Source: Gemmatimonas sp. (GTDB lineage: Bacteria > Gemmatimonadota > Gemmatimonadetes > Gemmatimonadales > Gemmatimonadaceae). From it: a DNA stretch of 64,000 bases. The stretch lies in the NCBI GenBank assembly GCA_965279375.1, contig OZ257156.1:4768001-4832000 (forward strand), written 5' to 3'. This document shows, one piece after another, positions 55,958 to 64,000 of this stretch. The notes under the pieces were generated by a model. That model did no database searches. It was not told the DNA's origin and saw only the letters and a program-made list of their open reading frames with translations. Within the stretch, counting starts at the first letter, position 1; each line of letters begins with the position of its first letter. Both the position numbers and the translations under genes were made by a program.

Positions 55958-57862
55958 ATGAAGCAGTTCTTCACGGCGCTGGCCGCGAATCTCGTCACCA
56001 TCGCGCTGTGCGTCGTTGGCGGCATCATCCTGCTGATCGGTGTGGCCGCAGCTGCGGGACGCAGCGCACCGCCGAGCATTCGCACCGGTTCCATCCTCGT
56101 CATCGATCTCGAGCAGACGTTGTCCGACCGACCGGCCACGCCGGAGCGGCGATCGGCCCTGGATGACCTGCTCGATTCGCGTGGCGACAACACGATTCCG
56201 TTGCGCTCCGCGATGCAGGCATTGCACGCGGCCGCTGACGATGAGCGCATCAGCGGCGTACTGCTTCGCGGCAGCATTTCGGCCGACAACTACGGCTCGG
56301 GCTACGCGGCGCTGCGCGAGTTCCGTGCGGCAGTCGCGGATTTCCGCCGATCGAAGAAGCCGGTGCACGCGTTTCTGCTCAATCCATCCACACGCGACTA
56401 CTACGTCGCCTCAGCGGCGAGCGTGATCACGCTCGATCCGTTCGGATCGCTGGTGATGCCCGGCATGTCCTCTGAGCAGATCTTCTTCGCCGGCTTCCTC
56501 GAGAAATACGGCATCGGCGTACAGGTGAGCCGCGTCGGTCGCTACAAGGCAGCCGTGGAGCCGTACACGCGCAACAACATGAGCCCCGAAAACCGCCAGC
56601 AGGTGGAATCGTATCTGGGCGACATGTGGCGTGAAGTGAAACGCGGCATTGCCGAAAGTCGCGGAGTAGATACGACCGCGCTGCAGGCCGTCGTCGATTC
56701 GCAGGGGATCATTCTCGCCGCCGAGGCGAAGTCGGCCAAGCTGGTCGACCGTGTGGCCTACTTCGACGAAGTGCTGACGGACCTTCAGCGCTTGGCGCAG
56801 GTGTCCCCCACCGGTGCGGATGCCAAGGTCGAGGGCGGATCGGCGGCTGGAAGCGACTCGCGAATCAGCGAGCTGCTGGATACGCCGACCTTGCCGCAGA
56901 TCTCTCTCGACGAGTACGCGCCCATCGCGGCAGCGCGCGACCGCATTATCGGCGCGAGTCAGGCCGTGGCGATCGTGTACGCCGAGGGCGACATCGTGGA
57001 CGGGCTGGGTGGCAGCGGACAGATCGGCGGCGATGGACTGGCCAAGGAGCTCCGTCGCATTCGCGGCGATTCCAAGGTGAAGGCGCTCGTTCTGCGAGTG
57101 AACAGCCCCGGCGGCAGCGCGGTCGCGTCCGAGCGCATTCAGCGCGAGCTCGCGTTGTTCGGCAAGACGAAGCCGGTGGTGGTCTCGATGGGCACGGTTG
57201 CGGCGAGCGGCGGCTACTGGATTTCGACGGCGGCCACGCGCGTGTTCGCCGAGCCGAACACGATCACCGGTTCGATCGGTGTGTTCTCGCTCGTGCCCAA
57301 CATCGCCGGACTGGCGAAGAACCAGGGAATCACCTTCGACATGGTGAAGACGGGCAAGTACGCCGACATCTTCTCGCTCGCGCGTCCGCGCACGGCGGAC
57401 GAAATGGCCGTGCTGCAGCGGCAGACCGATGCGATCTATGGTGCGTTCATCGATCGGGTGGCCTCAGCTCGCAAGCTCACGCCGGACTCGGTGCGAGTGA
57501 TCGCCGAGGGGCGGGTGTGGTCGGGGAGCGAGGCGATTCGGATTGGCCTCGTGGACTCGATCGGCGGATTGGACGCGGCCGTGAAGAGCGCGGCCTCGAT
57601 GGCCAAGATCACCGGCGACTACGAAGTGCGGGAATATCCGCGACAGAAGTCGTCCACCGAGATGTTGTCGGAGTATCTCGAGCGTCGCTCCGAGCCGGTC
57701 GCCAACCTGACGAGCACCAAGGTGGCCGAGGGACTGTTGGCCGGCACTGATCAAGTGCACGTGCTGGCGCGTGATCTCGCGCGCGAACTGCGCGTGCTGA
57801 CCTCGTACAACGACCCGCGCGGCACATACGCGCGACTGCCCTTCCTGCTGCGGGTGCGATAG
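55958..57862 (+). CDS. sppA: Signal peptide peptidase SppA (67 kDa type)
   Basis: GRYKAAVEP, LRVNSPGGS, SMGTVAASGGYW, ITGSIGV, GRVWSG. Confidence 0.94.
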   Translation: MKQFFTALAANLVTIALCVVGGIILLIGVAAAAGRSAPPSIRTGSILVIDLEQTLSDRPATPERRSALDDLLDSRGDNTIPLRSAMQALHAAADDERISGVLLRGSISADNYGSGYAALREFRAAVADFRRSKKPVHAFLLNPSTRDYYVASAASVITLDPFGSLVMPGMSSEQIFFAGFLEKYGIGVQVSRVGRYKAAVEPYTRNNMSPENRQQVESYLGDMWREVKRGIAESRGVDTTALQAVVDSQGIILAAEAKSAKLVDRVAYFDEVLTDLQRLAQVSPTGADAKVEGGSAAGSDSRISELLDTPTLPQISLDEYAPIAAARDRIIGASQAVAIVYAEGDIVDGLGGSGQIGGDGLAKELRRIRGDSKVKALVLRVNSPGGSAVASERIQRELALFGKTKPVVVSMGTVAASGGYWISTAATRVFAEPNTITGSIGVFSLVPNIAGLAKNQGITFDMVKTGKYADIFSLARPRTADEMAVLQRQTDAIYGAFIDRVASARKLTPDSVRVIAEGRVWSGSEAIRIGLVDSIGGLDAAVKSAASMAKITGDYEVREYPRQKSSTEMLSEYLERRSEPVANLTSTKVAEGLLAGTDQVHVLARDLARELRVLTSYNDPRGTYARLPFLLRVR

Positions 57863-57963
57863 CGCAGGCACATGCGGCTGGTATAGCGCGCGACACCGTA
57901 CGATGTCAAACGAGCCAGTGCATCCGTGAGGACGCACTGGCTCGTGTCGTACAGCCGATGCGT

Positions 57964-58311
57964 TCAGCTCGCGAACGGCGACGTCTTGGGGGCGGTCGGC
58001 GTGCGCTTGCGTGCGGCCTCGAGACGGCCGGCCTGTGCTTCCCACACGGCGAGATCAGCCTTGGCGGCGGCGAGATTGCTTTCGGCGCGCGCGATGCAAT
58101 TCGTCGCGCCACGCGTGGTCACGTCGGCGAGCGCCCACTGGCTCACCTGCACGCGCGAACGCGCTTCGCGCAGCCGCGTGACGCAGCGTTCGGCGTGATA
58201 GCCGCTCCACATCGCCACCGGGCGGTTGTCGTCGAAGCCGTACAAGCCCCAAATGCCATCGTGATCGTTGACGGCGGTCACGATGATGCTGTCGATGTCG
58301 GTCTGGCTCAT
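57964..58311 (-). CDS. Hypothetical protein
   Basis: 115-aa ORF filling the gap; no recognisable motif. Confidence 0.5.
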   Translation of the reverse strand: MSQTDIDSIIVTAVNDHDGIWGLYGFDDNRPVAMWSGYHAERCVTRLREARSRVQVSQWALADVTTRGATNCIARAESNLAAAKADLAVWEAQAGRLEAARKRTPTAPKTSPFAS

Positions 58312-58371
58312 TGCTGATCTCGCACGAAAGAGAAAGAGTCCACACAGGGTGACGTCGCTAATATACGTCAA

Positions 58372-59454
58372 ATGACGTCATCACTTCTCTTGTGCCCACG
58401 CGTAGCGCCCTCAGTGCGCCACGTCCGATCCTTGGCGACCATCTGCCTGCTGGCGACGGCGCTCACCTCCCTGGCGGCTGCTCAGTCCGCGCCGCAGGCA
58501 AAGCCCGCAAAGCAATCGAAGCCGAGCGCACAAAAGCCGGCGAAGAAGACATCCGCCAGCGCGAAGGATTCCACCCACGCGTATCCGGTGAACGGCACCT
58601 CGGCCGCGTCGCGCGCGCTGGCGGGAAAGCCTGCGCCCACGTGGCCCGTGCCGGGTCCCAAGCCGCTCGCGGGGAGCATTCTTCCCGAGCAGCGCATCGT
58701 GGCGTACTACGGCAATCCGTTTTCCAAGCGCATGGGCGTGCTGGGCGAGTATCCCAAGGAGGAGATGCTATCGCGTCTCGATCGCGAAGTGGCGGCATGG
58801 CGGAAGGCCGACCCGTCGACTCCGGTGAAGCCCGCGCTACACCTGATCGCCGTGGTGGCGCAGGGCGACAGCGGCAAGGACGGTCGTTATCGCCTGCGGC
58901 ACAGCGATGCGCTGCTGCAAAAGGTGCATGGATGGGCGCGCGAGAAGAATGCGCTGCTCTTCCTCGACGTGCAGGTCGGTCACTCGACCATTCAGGACGA
59001 ACTCCCACGGCTCGAGTCGTTTCTCTCGCAGCCGGATGTGCACTTTGGCATGGATCCGGAGTTCGCCATGCACAACGGCGTCAAACCGGGCAAGAAGATC
59101 GGCAGCTATGACGCCGCCGACGTGAACTGGACCATCGATTGGCTCGCCAAGCTGGTCACCGCCAAGGGACTGCCGCCCAAGATTCTCGTGATCCATCGCT
59201 TCACTCGGCCGATGCTCACCAACGCGTCGAAGATCAAGCTGGATCCGCGCGTGCAGGTGGTGATCGACATGGATGGCTGGGGCCCGCCGAGTCTCAAGCG
59301 CGACTCCTACGCCGCATACGTGTACGCGGAACCGGTGCAGTTCACCGGCTTCAAGCTGTTTTACAAGAACGACATCCGAAAAGGCTCGAAGATGATGACG
59401 ATTGCGGACGTGCTGCGCCTGACGCCGCGCCCGCTCTATATCCAGTATCAGTAG
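58372..59454 (+). CDS. Conserved exported hypothetical protein
   Basis: Signal peptide, RIVAYYGNP, MGVLGE, LDVQVG, DPEF, HRF, DMDGWG, GFKLFY. Confidence 0.8.
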   Translation: MTSSLLLCPRVAPSVRHVRSLATICLLATALTSLAAAQSAPQAKPAKQSKPSAQKPAKKTSASAKDSTHAYPVNGTSAASRALAGKPAPTWPVPGPKPLAGSILPEQRIVAYYGNPFSKRMGVLGEYPKEEMLSRLDREVAAWRKADPSTPVKPALHLIAVVAQGDSGKDGRYRLRHSDALLQKVHGWAREKNALLFLDVQVGHSTIQDELPRLESFLSQPDVHFGMDPEFAMHNGVKPGKKIGSYDAADVNWTIDWLAKLVTAKGLPPKILVIHRFTRPMLTNASKIKLDPRVQVVIDMDGWGPPSLKRDSYAAYVYAEPVQFTGFKLFYKNDIRKGSKMMTIADVLRLTPRPLYIQYQ

Positions 59455-59481
59455 GCATCCTGCTCGAGCGCCTGCGTGTGT

Positions 59482-61665
59482 CTACCGCAGGCGCGTGCGC
59501 ACCGCCAAGTACACGCGTCGCGTGAGGCCGGGCTCGAAGTAGCGATTGCGCGTGGCGTTGACCACCACGCTGCTGGCGAAGTGGCGATCGAAGACGTTGT
59601 CGAGCCCGATCACCGGCTCGATCGCGATGCGCGACGTGGCGCGTGTTCCGGCAAAGCCCGCGCGGATGTTCCACGTGGCAAAGCCCGACGCAAAGACCGA
59701 GGCCGCGTCGTTGGCCGTTACACGCGACGCGGCCGTGGCCTCGACGGTGGCAAAGAGCCCGCGACGACGCAGCGTCGTCCACGCCTGAAGCTGATGTTCG
59801 GGTACGCCCGGAATGCGCTTGCCCGCGTAGCTCGTGGTGCCCACGACGTACTGATCGAAGCGGAAGCGCGACCAGGAATACGCACTGCCGAATTCGCCGA
59901 CCGGCAGCGCAATCTGCACGCTGCTCTCGACACCGGTGCGCGTGGTGCGGCCGGCATTCCGATAGGCTCGGCGCCCCGCCTGCCCCGGCACGTCGAACGG
60001 CACCAGCTCGTCCTGCACGCGTGCGCGAAAGCCGGCGAGTTCGAGCCTCACGTGACCACCCACGAAGGCATTGACGCCCGTCTCCACCGTGCGCGTCAGC
60101 TGCGGCGCGAGCGAACGATTGAGCCCTGCCGCGCCGTTGTCCTGATTCGTGAGCTCGGTGATGGTGGGCGTCTCGAAGGCCGTCGCGATGTTGGCATAGA
60201 ATGACAAGAGCGGACGCGCGCGCCAGACGATGCCGAACATCGGGCTCGTCGCGGAGAGCGTACGATCACCGGAGTCGTCGGCGTTCGTGCTGGTGATGAA
60301 GGCATCGCGCACGTGAAACGCGACGCGATCGGTGCGCAACGCGGCGCTCAGAAAGAGCTGATGCGGTGCCTCGACTTCGGCGCGGGCAAACGCACCAAGC
60401 CCGGACACCTCCTCGCGCTGATTGAGGCGATACGCACCGCGTTCGGCGCCTCGCGTGGGGCAGCGCGTCGTCACCGGCGCGGTGACCGCAACGTCGGCGC
60501 AGTTTTCGAAATTGACGCGATCGTCGCCCTGATTCTGCGCATCCGCACCAACCGTCAGCCGCAGTGGCCAGCTGTGCGACATGGTGCGAATGCCGGCGCG
60601 CAATGAGCCGCCGCGAACGCTGCGTTCCACACCGACAATCGCGAACGGAAGTGGATTGTCGAGCGAGCGTGTGCCGGCGAAGACGTTGGCCGAAAACTCG
60701 TGCACCGTGCCGCGGCGTGATACGAGGCTGCGCGACGCGAGCAGCGCGACCTGCGATTGCCGCACCGCCTTGCGCGAGTGCTTGGTGATGTTGAGCGAGT
60801 CGGGCAGCGACGGATCGCGCGACAGTTCGGCCGCCGTGAGCGCACCGGTGTTTTCGGCGCGCGGCGTGTCGTAGTGCGTGCCCTGCAGCTCGAGCTGTGT
60901 ACCGGCGACGGTCGCGAACGCGCGGGCGAACGCACTCGCCGCATCGAGTCGCGCCCAGGTGCGCGGCCCATCTCCATTGGTGCGCGTGAAAGAGGCGAGC
61001 CAACCGCCATCGCGCACGACCGAGCCGTCCCGCGGCACCGTGCCGGACGCGATGACCGAGGCGCGCTGCAATCCGCCTCCGCCCCAAAGGCGCGCGTCCA
61101 CCGTGCCGCGTCCAGCGACCGGCGTACGTGAACGAAAGTCCACCACGCCACCGGCCGCGTTGCCGTACAGCGCCGCCGCCGTGCCGCGGACGAGTTCGAT
61201 GCTGCCCACGCTTTCGAGGTCCAGCCAGTCGATAGGCGTCTGCCCGTCGGGGAGGCTGAGCGGAATGCCGTCGCGCATGACGCGCACGCCACGGACCCCG
61301 AAGGCCGATCGCGCGCCAAAACCGCGAATGGCGAGCCGCGGGTCCTGCGACGGATTGCCGCGATCCTGCACCTGCACGCCGGCCACCCCGAAAAGCAGCT
61401 CGCCGATGCCACTGCGCCGTTGCGCCGGCCGCGACGCATCCACGGTCAGACGCGCGGCGGCGAAGGGAAGTTCGAGCGCGCTGCGAGCGGCGTCACGCGT
61501 CACGCTGACGGAGAACGGCCGCAGCAGTGCGGCCGAATCGCGAGCGCTTTTCGTACGAGCGGAGTCGCTCGCCGCGGACTGGGCATGAAGTGGGTGCGCC
61601 GCGAGGGACAGCACGAGCATGGCGGCAGCGCGGAGCGCAAAGACTGAGGCAGGGGAATTGAGCAC
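59482..61665 (-). CDS. TonB-dependent receptor, YncD/PqqU-like
   Basis: Plug IRGFGARSAFGVRGVR..DGIPL..PDGQ, LYGNAAGGV, FETPTITEL, NVFD, RYFEPG. Confidence 0.88.
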   Translation of the reverse strand: MLNSPASVFALRAAAMLVLSLAAHPLHAQSAASDSARTKSARDSAALLRPFSVSVTRDAARSALELPFAAARLTVDASRPAQRRSGIGELLFGVAGVQVQDRGNPSQDPRLAIRGFGARSAFGVRGVRVMRDGIPLSLPDGQTPIDWLDLESVGSIELVRGTAAALYGNAAGGVVDFRSRTPVAGRGTVDARLWGGGGLQRASVIASGTVPRDGSVVRDGGWLASFTRTNGDGPRTWARLDAASAFARAFATVAGTQLELQGTHYDTPRAENTGALTAAELSRDPSLPDSLNITKHSRKAVRQSQVALLASRSLVSRRGTVHEFSANVFAGTRSLDNPLPFAIVGVERSVRGGSLRAGIRTMSHSWPLRLTVGADAQNQGDDRVNFENCADVAVTAPVTTRCPTRGAERGAYRLNQREEVSGLGAFARAEVEAPHQLFLSAALRTDRVAFHVRDAFITSTNADDSGDRTLSATSPMFGIVWRARPLLSFYANIATAFETPTITELTNQDNGAAGLNRSLAPQLTRTVETGVNAFVGGHVRLELAGFRARVQDELVPFDVPGQAGRRAYRNAGRTTRTGVESSVQIALPVGEFGSAYSWSRFRFDQYVVGTTSYAGKRIPGVPEHQLQAWTTLRRRGLFATVEATAASRVTANDAASVFASGFATWNIRAGFAGTRATSRIAIEPVIGLDNVFDRHFASSVVVNATRNRYFEPGLTRRVYLAVRTRLR

Positions 61666-61730
61666 GCTGCGAGATACGCAGCGGCGGCCTCACTCGCTAG
61701 GGCGAGTCTGCGTTGCAGCGCCCGAAGCGG

Positions 61731-62285
61731 CTACTCGTTCCCCGGGCGGCATACCGCTTGGCGTTCACTTCCGCTCTCGTCCCAGAGTTCGCCGGTCCGA
61801 TCGCAGATCAGGTTCGTGTCCTGATCGCGGATGGACATGAACCAATGCGAGGCGTCCGCGTTCGACGCGGTGACCCGCTGGCGCGGCGGCAAGGTGGCGC
61901 CGGACGCCTTGAGTTCCGGCCATGACGCAAAGCGATTGTTGATCATGCGAAAGCTGCGTTGCTGCGTGTGCATCCGGACAAATGTCGCGTCCATCACGAC
62001 TTTCGCGCGGTCTCGCTTGACGCTGTTGACCATCATGAAGATGGCCAGCCCACCGACCACGGTGAGAAACGCGATGATGCTGGTGAGCACGACGCGCTGA
62101 TCGCCGTCCGCCTTGGCCGCCGCACGGGCCACCATGCGCGCATCCCGCGGCACGCTGACCTCAGGCGCGCGCACCGGCTCTGGCGCTTGCACCGTGCGGC
62201 GCACGTGCGAGACGCGCACGCGTTCGGCGGCCCGCGCGCGTCGTGCGGCAATCGCCGCTTCGCTGGGGTTCGGTTGGTTCGTCAT
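61731..62285 (-). CDS. Single-TM protein with pilin-like C-terminal domain
   Basis: Basic N-region, one TM, globular domain with Cys pair that aligns by eye with PilA. Confidence 0.7.
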   Translation of the reverse strand: MTNQPNPSEAAIAARRARAAERVRVSHVRRTVQAPEPVRAPEVSVPRDARMVARAAAKADGDQRVVLTSIIAFLTVVGGLAIFMMVNSVKRDRAKVVMDATFVRMHTQQRSFRMINNRFASWPELKASGATLPPRQRVTASNADASHWFMSIRDQDTNLICDRTGELWDESGSERQAVCRPGNE

Positions 62286-62436
62286 TGGCAGCTCCCCGAA
62301 CAGACGAACCAGCGGCGGCGGCGCATCATCGCGCGCTCGTCGCGGCACGTCTCATCTCCGGCACGCCGTGTCACAACGCCTGCACGCGAAGCTCGGGCGC
62401 AGTACAACGCCAGTCCAGACCCGATATATTCGTCCC

Positions 62437-63864
62437 ATGTACTTACGTCAGTTCTACGACGACGGGCTCGCACAGGCGAGCTACATGATCGGCTGCCAGG
62501 CGACCGGCGATGCCATCGTCGTCGATCCGCTGCGCGACATCGCCCCGTATCTCGAGGCCGCGCGCGCCGAAGGTCTCCGCATCACGCACGTCACGGAGAC
62601 ACACATTCACGCGGACTTCGTGTCCGGCAGCCGTGAATTGGCCGCGCAGACGGGCGCGACGCTGTATCTCTCCGCCGAGGGCGGAACAGACTGGCAGTAC
62701 GCGTATGCGGCCGGTGATCACGCGGTGCTGGTGCACGACGGCGATCGCATCCAGGTTGGCAACATCCGCCTCGACGTGATGCACACGCCGGGACATACGC
62801 CGGAGCATCTGTCGTTCGTGGTGCACGACACTCCACGCGGCGTCGGTCCAATGGGCATCCTCACCGGCGATTTCGTCTTCGTCGGCGACGTGGGCCGCCC
62901 TGACTTGCTCGAACGCGCGGCGAAGGTGGCAAACACGATGGAGGCGAGCGCGCATACGCTCTTCCAGTCGCTGCGGCGCTTCCGCGAGTTGCCGGACTAT
63001 CTGCAAGTCTGGCCGGGGCACGGCGCCGGCTCCGCCTGCGGCAAGGCACTCGGCGCGATTCCCTCCAGCACCGTGGGCTACGAGAAGCGGGCGAACTGGG
63101 GCGTCGCGGAAACCGACGAAGCCGCGTTCGTTCAGGCGGTGCTCGACGGCCAGCCTGAGCCGCCCAGGTACTTCGCGCAGATGAAGCGGATCAATCGCGA
63201 GGGACCGGCGATTCTTGGCGGCCTGCCCACACCCGTCGAGCGGCCGGCGGCCAGCATAGAAGCGTTGGTCGCGGCGCGCGCCTGGATCCTCGACCTGCGC
63301 GCGGCGGATGCATTCGCAGCGGCGCACGTGCCGAGTTCGATTTCGTTGCCGACGTCGCGCAGCTTCTCGACGTGGGCCGGGTGGCTCGTTCCCTACGACG
63401 CGGACATCACGCTCCTCGTCTCCGGCGAGAACGCTGCCGTCACTGCAGCACACGCCGCGCGGGAACTGGCGATGATCGGACTCGATCGCGTCGTGGGCTA
63501 TCTCGACGCGGATGCGGCCGTCGCCGCGTGGCGCGAAAGCGGGCACGAGCCGAGCTCGATCACGCAGATCACCGCAACCGCGCTGGCGGCCGGACTGCAG
63601 GATGGCTCGCTGTCCGCGGTGGACGTGCGCGGGCAGAGCGAATGGGTAGCCGGCCATCTGCCGAACGTCGCCAACATTCCGGTGGGCTATCTCAGCGATC
63701 ACCTGCCGTCTTTGCCAGTGGGCCCGTTGGTGGTGCACTGCCAAGCGGGGGCGCGGTCAGCGATCGCGGCCAGCCTGCTGCACCGACTCGGCCGGACCGA
63801 CGTCCAGAACCTGGTGGGTGGCTATCTCGGCTGGACCGCCGCCTCGCTCCCCGTGCAGCGATAG
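62437..63864 (+). CDS. MBL-fold persulfide dioxygenase-rhodanese fusion (CstB-like)
   Basis: THIHADF, HTPGHTPEH, GDVGRPDL, GHGAGSACGK, C-terminal rhodanese HCQAGARS. Confidence 0.9.
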   Translation: MYLRQFYDDGLAQASYMIGCQATGDAIVVDPLRDIAPYLEAARAEGLRITHVTETHIHADFVSGSRELAAQTGATLYLSAEGGTDWQYAYAAGDHAVLVHDGDRIQVGNIRLDVMHTPGHTPEHLSFVVHDTPRGVGPMGILTGDFVFVGDVGRPDLLERAAKVANTMEASAHTLFQSLRRFRELPDYLQVWPGHGAGSACGKALGAIPSSTVGYEKRANWGVAETDEAAFVQAVLDGQPEPPRYFAQMKRINREGPAILGGLPTPVERPAASIEALVAARAWILDLRAADAFAAAHVPSSISLPTSRSFSTWAGWLVPYDADITLLVSGENAAVTAAHAARELAMIGLDRVVGYLDADAAVAAWRESGHEPSSITQITATALAAGLQDGSLSAVDVRGQSEWVAGHLPNVANIPVGYLSDHLPSLPVGPLVVHCQAGARSAIAASLLHRLGRTDVQNLVGGYLGWTAASLPVQR

Positions 63865-63887
63865 CTGCCACGCGGCCGGAGTGGCCC

Positions 63888-64000
63888 TCAGGCGCCCGCT
63901 GGAGCCCAGAGCACGCGCTCACCCAGGGCATCGCCCACGATGCGGCGCTCGCGCGTTCCGCCGGCGCGGATGGCGTCGACGTACGACAGCAGTTCGTGCA
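63888..64000 (-). CDS. C-terminal fragment of a gene starting beyond the window
   Basis: Reads ...HELLSYVDAIRAGGTRERRIVGDALGERVLWAPAGA-stop. Confidence 0.55.
   Translation of the reverse strand, partial: HELLSYVDAIRAGGTRERRIVGDALGERVLWAPAGA

Noticed and set aside
63888..64000. Terminal fragment as part of a toxin-antitoxin or nucleotidyltransferase pair
   Set aside because: Only 36 residues are visible; too little to support a call

Overview
High-GC bacterial chromosomal window, most likely from Gemmatimonadota (Gemmatimonas-like), inferred from gene style and order. No rRNA, tRNA, CRISPR array, transposase or prophage was recognised. 1-21 kb (minus strand) is a type IV pilus locus: pilS-pilR, three pilins (two are near-identical tandem copies with their own sigma54 promoters), a second kinase, pilV/W/X-like minor pilins, pilMNOPQ and a large lipoprotein, followed by aroC-aroK-smg-topA. 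21-38 kb holds a CNNM/CBS protein, an exported methyltransferase, arfB, an outer-membrane protein, and a candidate RAPP ribosome-arrest leader peptide in front of a T1SS-like ABC-MFP-TolC operon whose ATPase motifs are all degenerate and which has no visible cargo. CHAD-CYTH, HDOD, hslR, pseudo-receiver, RidA and DSD1-type genes follow. 38-49 kb contains an ECF sigma/Ser-Thr kinase/Ig-lipoprotein module, ybaK, dinB and an sbtA-sbtB-Tat carbonic anhydrase-NhaR-like inorganic-carbon operon. 49-64 kb contains a PAS kinase, a P1B-5-type ATPase, a GGDEF protein, acyl-CoA dehydrogenase, sppA, a YncD/PqqU-like TonB receptor, an uncleavable pilin-like protein and a CstB-like enzyme. The best candidate for an undescribed system is the RAPP leader + structured RNA + ATPase-degenerate tripartite exporter (24.9-30.6 kb). 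All calls are motif-based readings by eye and were not checked by database search.
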